Assembly: GCA_047967505.1 (NCBI GenBank)
Contig: CM106538.1
DNA: 64,000 nucleotides
Reading direction: 5' to 3' (one strand)
Source of the DNA: Dipteris shenzhenensis
Taxonomy: Eukaryota
Shown: positions 12,401 to 24,620 of the stretch, piece after piece
Numbering within the stretch: the stretch's first letter is position 1
How the letters are laid out: every line of letters begins with the position of its first letter
Position numbers and translations under genes: made by a program
Notes under the pieces: model-generated
What the model was told of the DNA's origin: nothing
Databases searched by the model: none
The model's input: only the letters and a program-made list of their open reading frames with translations

Positions 12401-14752
12401 TTGCACATATGCAAGAAAGCGTGCTACGTCGGACCGTTACACCACAGTTGCAAGCACGGCTTCCCTTTCGCAACACAGCCAGAATATGAACCCATCCTCG
12501 ACCCTCTGATGCAACGTTGGTTGTATTACCGGCCGGGACATGAGCACCGAAACGTCGTCCCTTACCACCCTTCGGTGTTACTGTTGTGGGGTGCACACAT
12601 GAACATACAACGGGTGACAAACTCTTCAATCTCTCACTACCTCCTCAAGTACGCGATGAAATCTGAACCAATGGGCAAACTGAACATCCGTTCAGAAGAC
12701 GCCTCGCGTTTGGGGTTGCAACATCTCAACGAAGTAAAGCTGAAACTCATCGCCGCGAGCCTCCTATCAAAACCAACCTCTCCAACAGAGGCCGTGCTAA
12801 ACTGCATGCAGATACCAACAATCACAAGGAGCGAGACCGTTCACTATGTCGACTCCTCGCCACCATCTCTAAGACAACGCATCGTCTCGCGAAACAACAA
12901 CGTCACCCTGCACCCGGTTGACATATACTGCGGGAGACCAAGCGTCATCGAGGATAGCACGTTCTACGATTACCATAGGCAATATGTGATCCGAAAGCCC
13001 AAGGAAACGCAACATGGAACGGTCGGTCTTGACCTCTTAGGCAACAGGATCGCAAAATGTGAGCGAGTAGTCAGATTCACTGACTACCACCCTGGACATC
13101 AACCAGAGGGGTACTTCTACAACGTGCTCTTGCGAAAACTCAGCTTCAGGAATGAAACGGAGCTCATATCACCTGCCAACATAGCTGGATCCTACTTTGT
13201 CGAATGCCAAATGCGCGGCCTCATATTGAGCAACGAGGACCTCGAGATGTATGTGACCGAATACATGCAAAGGAACTTGCTAGCGACTGACCACACGGAC
13301 CAGTTGATCAATATGATATTGCAAAAGGTTGCGATCATCCGAGACTGCCCGATGGAAGCGCCTAACATCGACCAGCAAACCGTAGAAGGGCCAACACGTG
13401 CGAGGATCTTGGAAAAAATGGCCGAGTTTCGCACCGTCGCCAATGCCGCATTGACAGTAGAACAACAAAGAGTCTTCGAAAGCCTAGCTTCAACAAGCTC
13501 GGGGCTGCACGTTGTCTGTGGAACACCAGGTAGCGGCAAAAGCTTCTTGATACGGTACTATGTTTCGCATCTGGTAGTGCAAAACAAAACGGCAATACTC
13601 TGTGCATCAACAGGGGCGGCTGCGACGCGGTTGAGTGGGATTGCAACCACTGTACACTACCAATTCAAGATCCCTGTGCGCAGCAATCAGTACCCACTGA
13701 ACATCCATGAGACGGATGAGCGACACCTCGCAATCAAGGAAGCCAACGCGATCATCATTGACGAGATGTCCATGCTAACAAGGATGACTTTCGATCTCGT
13801 GGTAAGACAAATCGTCAATGTGACTAATGGCACATTGCATGAGCCATCCAGACACAAAATGCTCATAATTTTTGGTGACCTGGCGCAATTACTGCCAGTC
13901 TGCAAACACCGCGAGGATCTCTGCGAGCCGTGCCACATCACGTCCTCCGCGCACTGGGCTCAAGCGAAAATGTACCACATGCAATTCTCGGTGCGACATG
14001 CACGAGACATGCCGTTCCTGGCATTCTTGCATACCATAAGACTCAGGACACCCACAATTGACGAGATTTTCGACTGTTTGGGGCAGTGCATTGTCGACAA
14101 GGAAGGTGCATGCCACTTCATCGATGCCGAAACAACCATCATTTGCACGCACAGAGTCGATGTCGCTACCTTCAACGATGAGCTTCTGGAGAAATTCAAC
14201 ACTCCCGAGATGATTGTGCATGTTCAAATACACAGTAACGCCGTGAGCGAACCAGCTCTCAAAGAATGGTTGGAGGACAAAAGCTTCAACGAGATAGGAA
14301 AAATTTGCGTGGGGGCGAAGGCAATGATAACGGAAAACATCAACCTTGCAATAGGTGCCGCAAATGGAGCAATGTGCAAAATCAAGAGCATCAATGCAAC
14401 TAGCAGGGGAGAAATCAACGGTATCACTGTCGTCATGGACACAACAGCGGCCGTGCTCACATTACGACGCTCGAAGCATCAGCGAAAGGCAATAAATGGA
14501 AAATGGTTCCACAAGTCCACATTTCCACTAACCCTAGCATATGCTATCACGGGACACAAATCCCAAGGCGCAACCATATCCAACAAAGCGCTGCTCATAT
14601 TTCGAGGAGTGTTTGCCCCTGGCCTAGCATACGTGATGTTGTCCAGAGTGACTGAGAGAATGAGGCTGCGCATACTACATTGCCCACATCCAGACATATT
14701 CAGACCAATTCCACGAGAGTTCTCACAGCCGACAACACAACCACGCGCATAA
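12401..14752 (+). CDS. Helitron RepHel C-terminal part: Rep catalytic Tyr motif plus Pif1 (SF1B) helicase, 783 aa open
   Basis: VVPYHP..LLLWGAHMNIQ and HYLLKYAMK (Rep motif 3); GTPGSGKS (Walker A), IIIDEMSM (Walker B), GDLAQLLPV, FPLTLAYAITGHKSQGATI and YVMLSRV (Pif1 motifs). Confidence 0.95.
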   Translation: MHICKKACYVGPLHHSCKHGFPFATQPEYEPILDPLMQRWLYYRPGHEHRNVVPYHPSVLLLWGAHMNIQRVTNSSISHYLLKYAMKSEPMGKLNIRSEDASRLGLQHLNEVKLKLIAASLLSKPTSPTEAVLNCMQIPTITRSETVHYVDSSPPSLRQRIVSRNNNVTLHPVDIYCGRPSVIEDSTFYDYHRQYVIRKPKETQHGTVGLDLLGNRIAKCERVVRFTDYHPGHQPEGYFYNVLLRKLSFRNETELISPANIAGSYFVECQMRGLILSNEDLEMYVTEYMQRNLLATDHTDQLINMILQKVAIIRDCPMEAPNIDQQTVEGPTRARILEKMAEFRTVANAALTVEQQRVFESLASTSSGLHVVCGTPGSGKSFLIRYYVSHLVVQNKTAILCASTGAAATRLSGIATTVHYQFKIPVRSNQYPLNIHETDERHLAIKEANAIIIDEMSMLTRMTFDLVVRQIVNVTNGTLHEPSRHKMLIIFGDLAQLLPVCKHREDLCEPCHITSSAHWAQAKMYHMQFSVRHARDMPFLAFLHTIRLRTPTIDEIFDCLGQCIVDKEGACHFIDAETTIICTHRVDVATFNDELLEKFNTPEMIVHVQIHSNAVSEPALKEWLEDKSFNEIGKICVGAKAMITENINLAIGAANGAMCKIKSINATSRGEINGITVVMDTTAAVLTLRRSKHQRKAINGKWFHKSTFPLTLAYAITGHKSQGATISNKALLIFRGVFAPGLAYVMLSRVTERMRLRILHCPHPDIFRPIPREFSQPTTQPRA

Positions 14753-14903
14753 AGGTATTCACTACCAGAGATTGAACAAGCCAGAGACAAGTCATGAATA
14801 TGTTATGTCAAACATGCATGCAAGGAAAATGGTTTTAATATCTTGTCTGTTGTCGAGAACAGGTGCAGAGAATCAGAAAGCTCGAGACATTGCAGCATAA
14901 GAC

Positions 14904-15240
14904 ATGGACGCAGACAAGGTAAATTCCACCAGCATGAAAGAATCTTTTTTTCTTGAAGATTTAAAAAGACGGCTCATTTGAAAAGACGGTGTAATAAGTC
15001 GTGCCTGCAAGCAGCTATTTGAGCTATACAAAAGCAATGCGAAGGCAACAAAACCTCCACCAGCAAAGAGGAGGTTCTTCCTAACCACAAAGCAATTCCG
15101 GCTAGCAAACAATGCAGGAGAATGTCCAGGAGCTTACATCAACGGCTTCAGCACGTATGCGGAACTACGCGACTTCATTGACAACTGCAATAGGCGTTTG
15201 CCAGCTAAAAGAGAGCCGGGAGGCTTGAGATTCGCAAATG
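14904..15240 (+). CDS. Predicted exons 1-2 of Helitron accessory gene (unknown conserved domain)
   Basis: ATG 14904 MDADK|gtaaat, acceptor cag 15012-15014, exon 15015-15240 LFELYKSNAK...FFLTTKQFRLANNAGECPGAYINGFSTYAELRDFIDN...RFANG|gtgcgt. Homologous to 58603-58952. Confidence 0.7.
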
Positions 15241-15322
15241 GTGCGTAATGCTTCCAAAAATTAAAAAAAATCACAACAATTGAGAAAAAGAATTAACGAG
15301 TTGCAAGAACAACAAACTCATC

Positions 15323-16171
15323 ATGGATTGCACTTCTCCTGCAAGACTCCTCAAAGAGATCCTTGTCGAGCTTGACATTGAGTTCGATGAGACTGATAGG
15401 ATGATGGAAAGTTTGGAGGGGCAAAAGCTACTAGACACGAAGATGAAAGGGATCACAGCGTATGCGTGCGAGCTGCTGCATTATGGGTACAACGTATCCT
15501 TGGAGTTGCTGAGGGACACGACGCGCGATCAAGCAACGGCTATACTCGAACAATTCATGGAACAATTTGGAGGGACGCACGACGCGACGCACCCAGTGAT
15601 GACAATGGAGAAGCTTACGTATATTTTCAACAGGGACTTATACGGAGAGCGCTTCGGTACTGGAAACGATCCTTTCACGCCAACAGAGAAAAACCAGGGC
15701 AAGTAAATAAATGCATTCTATTATGGACCTCAAACGAAAAAAAAAAAGACCGAAAACATCGATGACTAATGTAATTGTCATCGTTTATGCAGGTACGACA
15801 TTGAAAGACGCGAGCCTCGAGATGAAGGAGGAGCCTCCACTGAAGCGCCCGTGCAAGGGAATCGTGCGAGCCTCGTCGTCTACTGCATCACGTGCAAGCC
15901 CAACAATAGAAAATACATAGGGAGCACGACGGACCTGTCGCGGAGGATCAAACAGCACAATAAAAAACCACCAGCGAAAATGAAAGAGGACTTGCAGCGT
16001 TACAAGCCCTTCAAAGAAAATTTCGAAATCAAAGTTTTGGAAACAACAGACACTGTAGACAAAGCACGAACTTTAGAGCAGTACTACATAAGGAGCCACA
16101 ACACAGTAGGTCCATTAGGTTACAACACGCTCGAGGGCCATCCGGTAGAGTGCGGAAGTACTATTTCCTAA
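15323..16171 (+). CDS. Predicted spliced ORF: ~127-aa helical domain plus GIY-YIG endonuclease
   Basis: VVYCITCKPNNRKYIGST..RRIKQH...LEQYYI...GYN carries the GIY-YIG, Arg, Glu and Asn motifs. A GT-AG intron at 15703-15792 (phase 2) joins ORF 15323 to it in frame. Confidence 0.85.
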
Positions 16172-17399
16172 AGCGTTTGACCCAAAATATAAACATTTCT
16201 GCCTTCGGAAAAAGGGATCCAATGAAGTTGCAAATGGTGCTCCAACTTTTGTCGTACATGCAATGTAGCTTTGGGTTTGGATTATTCTTGTCACAGTTGC
16301 ATGCTTCTATCTCAATTTGGTTTTTATTTATTATTTATACATTTTTGAAATACATCTCCCCGTCGTTCGCTCAAAGTGGAATGACAATAGATTTGCTTAC
16401 AGTGCAAACAATAGAAATTTGTCTTCCTCCGAAAAAAAGAAAAACTACGTTTTACTGTCGACATGAACAACATCAAATGCAAGCAGGACTGGATGATAAC
16501 AAAATCTCTACAAAAGATTGCATGCAATCGAACATCAATCTTCCGCATCATTTTTGACAACGTGACTCATGTGAACCTCAAAGATAGCAAAAGAGAGAAG
16601 TATTCATCAAAACCCCAGCTGGCCAAGCACTCTAGTTCTTTGTACTTAAAGACAAAAAACTCCCTGGAGCAAAGGGATTTTCCAATGTAATCTTCCTACT
16701 TTATTCCAAAGGAATCCCTAAAGTAATAAAAAAAGAATTCTCTCAATGCCATCTTTATTCATACACTATTCTTTCCATCCAAAGGCAAGCAACTTCCTAG
16801 AATTCCAAACCCTAAATGTAGGCTATGCATAGAAATTTAAGTAGCAATAATAATGAAATAGCATGTTCCAAAGAGATCAACAACCTAGACAATAAAAAAT
16901 ATCTCCTCTTATTTTAGGAAATCATACTATGACTGAAAGTAAAACTTTCCTCCCAGTATATAATGTCCATATCTAAATGTCCAATCCATATCAAGGCATA
17001 ATATCTCATCTTGGGGGATCGTTCCATTATAATTTACTAATTCCCTATAAGAGGGCTAAGCAAAAGGACTCCCCAACAATACCAAGTCAAAAAGGTTAGC
17101 CTAGTCATCCATATACACAAGATAGCAAAGAAATTCTCTAGTAACCATTATCAAATGAAATTTCCCATCAAATGTGTTCAATATCAAAATCACAAGTCCT
17201 TTTAGCATATATATCATATGTTTTCTATCATCGAAGGGAGGCAATGGTTCAAGGCATTTCTATCTCTGTAATGCCCAAAGAGTCAAATTTCTCAATTAGC
17301 CAACTCAGGTTAACCGGTCTTCCAAGGTTTAGTTTATCTTCATCTATATGCCCAACAAAAAATTTGATAGATGCTTAGACGTACTCAACCTATACGTCA

Positions 17400-19300
17400 T
17401 TGCAGTCTACAAACTTTTGGTGTCCTAAACAGAATCAGATAATCTAGATAGTAGAAATAATCTATCTCAAAATTCCCCAACCATCCATTTATCCCAATCC
17501 CTCATCTCGACATATGGAGATATTAGCAGAGCAAGAGACCCATGTTACTCCAAAAACTTGCCTCAAGGGGATTTCTCAATTTTTCCAAAAAGACCTCCGT
17601 AAGTGTGGTATAGTCATACAAAATTGTGTCATTAACTAATAATCCTGGTGATAATCAAAGGTAAGATGTAGAAGAACATTCCTTGCTATAGGATATACAA
17701 AATAGTTTTCCCAACTCGTCAAAAGTGATAGCTAATCCAAAAGTGATTACTGCTCCATTATTATATTCAAACATATTCATCAGCAAATCTGGTAGAGAAG
17801 CATGCCAACCTGCATCCACCCAGTTTGCCATATTTAACTTGATAACAGTCATATCTCTAGAAATGTTAATTATAAAGAGGAATCCAATACTATTGACTCA
17901 TACTACAAATACAGCAAAAGGGGCAACTCTAGAACATTCTTAGGTTCCCCCAAGTTGCCATTCCTACATAGTGGTCAATCTCTCTATTCCATAATTCAAA
18001 ACTATATGCTAATTACAGAATCATTAGCAGAATACCAGTGATTTATAACATATGATCGAGTCTTCCAATGTCCTAGATCACATAAAGTGATGCATGGTGA
18101 AATTATATAAAATTGCAAAATGCTTTAATAAGTGAAACGGACTTTTCATAGTATAAACTATGACATACGAGACCATCACGGCCCAAAACTTAGTTGTTAT
18201 GCTTCGCATGTCTAGCAGACATTTCGTGAAATCGTGTACACCTATGCTTTCCCCAGTATTCACCTTGTCTTTAACAGACGTCAATATTTTATGTTGTCAT
18301 TAGCCTATGTAAACCAGCAAATCATTTGCATCTACCCAACCACCAATAGATTGGTTGGGCGGACGTCGCGGCTTCTATATCAGCCCGTTCCCTTTTGGAC
18401 TGGCCAATCTCCTCATTTAAAGGAGGATACTATGGCATCTCCAAGAGATAGATTATACGGATACATACACTGGCTACGAACAAAAAACAGGACCAAAGGA
18501 ACCAATTGCCCTGGTCTCAGGACCGTGTTTCAATTCTCGCTCTAGCTTCATCTCGTGCAAAGTTCTAGCTCCTGAAGTCGATCTATATTCCGTGACAAGC
18601 ACTACGTGTAAGGAGACCTTTGTCCTCTTCGATACTCGTCTGAGGTCCCCTAGACCTCATATGCCACTAAGTTCTTACATCCAACAGTATAAACATAAGT
18701 GCAGACACCAGTCTCTCAATCAAACAACTCGTCAGACGTTTTCACGTAAAAGTGTACTTCGAGTATATAGCACGGACTTCTCTCCCGTTGTAACCAACTT
18801 ACCATCCTTCAATCCGTCTTCTTGCGTGGAGGAGAAATGGCCTGGCATCTTTTTTCATGGATGGAAATGGGGAGTCCACCAACAATCAATACATTTCCTT
18901 AAACTTCCGTAAAAGACCATAGAATGGTCAAACGGAATGTCGCATCCGCACAGAGTAATCGTGAACCGTAGACATTATATAGCTTTTCAGCGGCAATCAT
19001 CTATTAGTTTCTCTAATTTACGTAAACCCTCTGAGCGGTTGTGCTCCCTTCTAATCGACCTGGTCCTTGCGATCTCTCCAGCTAAGGTCATTAGTTCGAC
19101 CTACTGGAGTAGACAGCTTATAGCCAGGAAGGGGTTGGCGATCCCTTCATCTACCTGTTTGATTGGAGTGGGTTCGCGCCCACTTGGAAAGGCTTGTCGT
19201 ATAATGCTCTGAGTGCTTCGTTAGTTTTACTATTTCCTTCCGTGGAGGAAATACTGCTCGGCGTCCCTTCCATCGAGCCGGAGTCAGAGGCTCCATGAAT
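17400..19300 (-). mobile_element. Possible very degenerate LINE (ORF1 and endonuclease remnants)
   Basis: Weak minus-strand motifs only: CWWTPHF near 18870 (ORF1-like), RSFWK near 17590 and WMVGEF near 17480 (APE-like). Confidence 0.25.
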
Positions 19301-20700
19301 AGAGAGACTATAATAGCATCTTCTAACACTATGAGGGAAGGGAAGTGAGCTCGGAAGCTATCATTCTCTCCCTCCTGTCAATACAACACTCCTTCCTCTC
19401 CTTCTCCGAGTGAATACGTGAGTGGAGGTGCTATCCTCACAAAAGCAATCGTGAGCTATGGAGCTGCGTATTTATCTTAATCATGCATGGACTCCTCGTT
19501 TTGCGAATCGACTTTCGTAAGCTTTGAATGACTTCCCATGTCCCGTCTGGACTTAGCCGAACGTTTGGAATCATACCTGAGCTACCTCCATTGCGTCTCG
19601 GTATGGGAAGTAAAATCAAGTTGTGTGAGCTCTGCGTTTGGGAGTCACGCTAGTAATCCATCCAGTCCTTCCTTCAGTGTTCGAAAGGCAGTAGCTCCAG
19701 TCTAGGATGGCGGGATGGGCTTGTAAAGCTTTGGATGCTTTTTCCAAGTGGTAGAGGAAGGAGGCAGATTCTCTCGAGCCTTGGGGAATGGTACGACTAA
19801 CCTCCCTTAAAAAAATCGGCGTCCCCTCTGATCCGAATCTACTCTAAATCTCCTTTTTGCCTTATACGCCGAATGATGATTTACTATCTTCCATATCTAT
19901 TTCATATCCCCTGTCCCGAATTACAAACTAGAGGATAATGTTAGTGGGACTTTTTATTACCCATTGCTTTTTCATCTATATCATCATGTTTCATATGAAT
20001 AACCCCAGGTCTATTGGTGTAATCAGGGTATAGTCTGTGGGATTAATGATTGATTCTTAAGGTCACTCCGCCTCTCCTTATATTACGGATTGGAATTATA
20101 ATTCCATGGGCTACTATTTCCTTATATTATGGTCTCCCAAGTCAATCTATGTATATACCAGTCCATATGTAGTGGTTTAGTGGTCATAATGGTGGTATTA
20201 CCTCATGCTATATTCCAAAATATTGACGTAATCATTTGTCTTTTCTCCAATGAATCATCCTTCAGTGGTATACACTCTAAAATTTTAGAAATTTAGTCTA
20301 CTTGATCGAGAATTGTGACTTAGCTTAATTACATCACTGCATTACATGTATGTTATATACTTCCGTGCCAAATCTATGGCCAATATTCAAATGTATCGCA
20401 TAATCAAAGAAAAATCTATCCCATATTGTCTTTAATAGGGAAAACACCTTTTTCTCTTGAGTTCTCCATGTTCCAAACCGAATGGAAGGGTATGTGTGCA
20501 AACACCAATTCCATGGAATTGCAATAGAGGTCATGGCACTTTGGTCTCAAATAGAAGAGAAAGAGGTTGAAGAAGTGCACATGAACCAAGCTCTCCAAGC
20601 ACAGGAGAAGGCAATGCAGGATATGATTTCCAACCTCCACCAGAGCTAGAAATAGCTGATAGCAACACTTAATGCTACAGAAATGATACAAACCTCCTAT

Positions 20701-21650
20701 GACCACTTGACCTTAGCACATGCCCAACAAATGGAGGAACTTGTACAAGCTTGGCTTACTCTAATCCAAAAAGAAGAAGAACTCTAGGATTGCCAAGAAA
20801 ATCTTATAAAGATGCAACAATCTTTTGCGACACATAGTTTTATCATTGAGGAGTTTACAAGGGAACGCCAACTATTAAAAGACCAACTTGCCACCAGTAT
20901 AGAGGCAAGCAGTGCACAAGTTCAAGTCTTGGACCAATGGTCAAATACCAATGAAGCCATTCCTCAACAAGCATAGGTCACCTTGCAGATGAAAAATCGT
21001 AAGGATGCATATACATCCATCTACCATAAATATAAGGAAAAGTCCGAGGAGCTGCACTCCCACAAGATAGCCATCTCAAAGCTTGAACTCCAATTTCTAG
21101 TGCAAAACAATGAGGCAATGGATGACACCACAAATGAAGTCCGACTACAGTGCATGACGGTGGTGTGCCAAGAGCTTGTGGTGGCTGCTCTACAGGTAGA
21201 GCATGAGCACTTATCCAATGGAAACAACTCCAACTCAAGATAATATGTGTTCATCAAAACATAAAATGGGAATGTTCTCAAAAGGAAAACTTCTACCTGT
21301 CCACACATGCTGGGTTTATTGCACTCAAGACGGATGCTTTCATAGCATATGTATGCCTCAAGGGTAGTCCGCCCCTCAGGGTCATTGATGATTTGTTGCC
21401 ATTGCTACAAAAGCCTTCTCAAACAAGCAAGAAAGAGGTGGTTCGAAAAGAAGGTCACAATATTGAGAGAGATCTATAAATCTCTGAAAGCCATGGGATG
21501 TTTTATTCCTAAAGCGCCTTTCCAGAGGTTAGTGAAGGAAGTTTGCGAGACGACTGGAGCCTTCTCTAAACATGGCAGAGAATAGCAATATGGCCACTCC
21601 AAGAGGCTACATAAGATTTTTGAATAAAGTTCTTCCAAGATACAACTAGC
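20701..21650 (+). pseudogene. Decayed gene: coiled coil, Cys/His finger-like motif, histone H3/CENH3-like fold
   Basis: TILREIYKSLKAMGCFIPKAPFQRLVKEVCE, then after a frameshift WQRIAIWPLQEAT*DF*IKFFQDT, aligning to H3 [31 protein letters not shown]...[24 protein letters not shown]. Confidence 0.75.
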
Positions 21651-22314
21651 TTAGAAAGTAGTAGTAAAATTGTTTATAACTACTTGTATAAGTAATGCTA
21701 GCTACTGCGATTGTGTGTGTAAAAATAACAACATCTGTCCATAGAGCGTGATGTTGCGGATGATCATAGTACAGAAAAATGCTTACTCGAGAGAGAGAAG
21801 AATGTTGGAAAAGGAGATTTGCCATCCCATGCCTATTTAAACAGGTAGATTACCATGTTCACAATCATGCAATTACATCGGGAGGGGCAAGACAATTGGA
21901 TGATTTCTGTCTCTCGAGGTCTAGCAAGCTTGCATGGAGTATATTAAGTTAGTGTCCCAAATAGACACATTGATTTGAAAAATCAAAAGAAGGCCACCTA
22001 TTGAAAATGATCTAATAAAAAACTAGTGCATTTGTGAACTCAAAGAAACAAGTTCAAAAAGTAGAGTGCTCAGGTCTATACCTTGGTCCTTGATAGCTAG
22101 GTCAACCCAACATTTCATATAAGGATGTACAATTGTGATTTCCTATTGCCACTAGAAAATACAAAAAGACAATCAAATTAAGCACTTAAACATCTAAAAT
22201 CTTGAAGAACAATAATGGATAAAATGGAGAAATACAAGCAGGGGAATAGTTTAGGAAGGAATGCACATTTCAAAAAGCATGACTCAACATGCCAATAGAT
22301 GCAAGAGCAAGCAA

Positions 22315-22317
<3 letters not shown>

Positions 22318-22362
<45 letters not shown>
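22318..22362. repeat. (GA)n microsatellite
   Basis: Pure ga run read directly. Confidence 0.95.
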
Positions 22363-22367
<5 letters not shown>

Positions 22368-23309
22368 CATCTCAGTCCATGATCATTTTTGAATAAGACA
22401 TTTTTAGATTTAGAATCTTGTCAGTATCTCAATAAGATTTTTTAATGTGTTACTGACAGTTGTTTATGCATAAAATATTATTTCTCATTTTGATATACCC
22501 AAATTCTTTCCCTTTTTTCTATTTTCCTCAACGTTATGTCAGCCCTCTGGCCATTGGTTGAGAGTTATTTTTCATTTTAGCCAAAAGGTCCCAAAATGAG
22601 CTCCCTTTTTTCCTAATTACATGCCCACATGTGCAAGCACGTGCACATGCACATGTCCACCCACACACATGTGCATGCACACCTGCGCATAAACATAGAT
22701 GCACATCGTGCACGTTGCACCCATGCATGCACACATGTGCACACACATGTATGCCTTGAGCCTCGTTGAATAAGATAGGGCTAGGGTGTTGGGGTTATTA
22801 TAGTAATCCATATAAAAAAGAAGTGGTTGGAATATTATGATAGATTTAAGTAACACAAGGGAGAAAATGGAGCATTAAGCTCCCTCACCAAAAAACATTG
22901 TGTGGAAAGGTTTAAAGAAAGCACTTGAATATTATAGATTTTTTAAGAGCCCATTGAAATGGAAATTGACTTTGTTTAAAGTTAAGCGCTAGCTAACTGA
23001 AATGCACTTGCATTTGTGGAATCTTATACATGCCATGGTAATCTATTAGATTTGGAGGTTTGGGAATGAGATAGTATTCTATCCTATACACTTGCCCTAG
23101 GATGCCTGACAATGTATTCAGGTCAAAATATTGATTGTTTTGAGGCTTTATGCTACCCGATCCCTTGACATTCAGTTACTACTAGAGCTCTCAAAGCTGC
23201 TCTAGCTTAGGCTATGTCAATCCTTGTATTTTTATTTTCTTAATTAAAATTTCCATTTTTTGCATGCAAAAAAGAGAGGAGATAATTGGGTGTTATTCTT
23301 GAATGTAAC

Positions 23310-24620
23310 TCACTTATGCTTATGTTAAATGTGGTTAAATGCTTATGCTTATACTTTTAAAATATTCAGGTACACATGCGTAGTAGTTCAAAAGTTTATA
23401 TGTTTATGCATATGTCCTTATAGTTATGTTCAATAGTGTATGTTCTTATAGTTTATGCTTATGCATAGCATTTCAAAAGATTACATGCTTATGTGCTTAT
23501 GTATATATGTATATGCATATGTTCTTATGGTAATACATGATAGTACTTGTAAAATGTGTAAATGTGATGTGTTTAGGTTCATGAAGTTATATGAACATAT
23601 CTTGATTATGCTTATGTTGAATGTGGTTCAATGCTAATGCATATGTTCTTACAATTATGAGAAGGAGTTTGCAATTTTTACTACTTGTTTGTAAGAGTTC
23701 AAAGGCTTAAATGCTTGTGTGCATGTTCTTGTATGATCCATATGTCCAATTGATGTATGCGCATAATTATATGCTTGTGTTTAGCTTATGTTCATATGTT
23801 CATATGTTTATAGTGCTCATATACTCTTCTAAGTACTTATATATGTATATGTTTATGTTTATGCCTCATAGGTTTAGGTTTGAGTTTATATGTTTATATA
23901 CATAAAGGTCCTTATGTTTATACGTATGTGCTCTTGCACAATTATGTGCCCATAAACTACAAACACAAGCTTTTTATGATTCAATAGATAAACATGTGCT
24001 TATATGTTCCTATGAATATGCATACATAGCAACATATAAACATATAAAAGAAATTGAATTCTATATATGTTCATGTGTTGCTATGTATATGAACTTTATA
24101 GAATTCAACTTTCGAGAAATTAGTTGCTTTTGTTCATATGAACATATTGAACATATAAATATGAACACATAAATATGTTGTTTCAATGCATAGCTACATA
24201 TGAACATATAAATGTGCACAAAAGCAATTGAATAATAACATAAAGCACACATACATACATACATATGCACATGTATGTATGTATGCATATGAACACATAA
24301 ACATGGATGTATTCCACAAGCACAAATTGTATTGTGCTTCAATACAAAAGCATGTGCTTATATGCTCATGTGCTTAAGTATATAAGCACTTAAGTATATA
24401 AGTATATAAGCAAATAAGTATATAAGTATATAAGCTTGTACATAAATCTTTAAGTATTTAATATAAGTATAAACATAGAAACATATAAGTATGAACATAA
24501 GAACATAAGATAAATTTTAACTTACGAGCATTCAAGAAACCTTTTATTTGAATATGTATGTATGAGCATGTGCACACATGAACATATGTACACACATCTT
24601 ATGTATATTTTATTGCATAT
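23310..24620. repeat. AT-rich short-motif array (TATGCT/TATGTT left, AGCATA/AACATA right); copy at about 32080-33400
   Basis: Motif orientation switches near 23950-24000. Confidence 0.55.

Larger units (their letters stand above)
9016..16635 (+). mobile_element. Helitron-like element 1 (internally deleted RepHel plus spliced GIY-YIG gene); termini tentative
   Basis: Contains Rep C-terminus, Pif1 helicase and GIY-YIG ORFs. Candidate 5' TC at 9016 and candidate 3' CTAG|T at 16632-16636. Short inverted match ttggccagc (9031-9039) / gctggccaa (16618-16626). Confidence 0.75.

Noticed and set aside
12637-14790. Multiple minus-strand ORFs
   Set aside because: Antisense shadows of the helicase ORF.
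15851-16171. GIY-YIG as the missing endonuclease of the Penelope-like element
   Set aside because: It is about 12 kb away, on the opposite strand, and embedded with in-frame splice sites in the Helitron.
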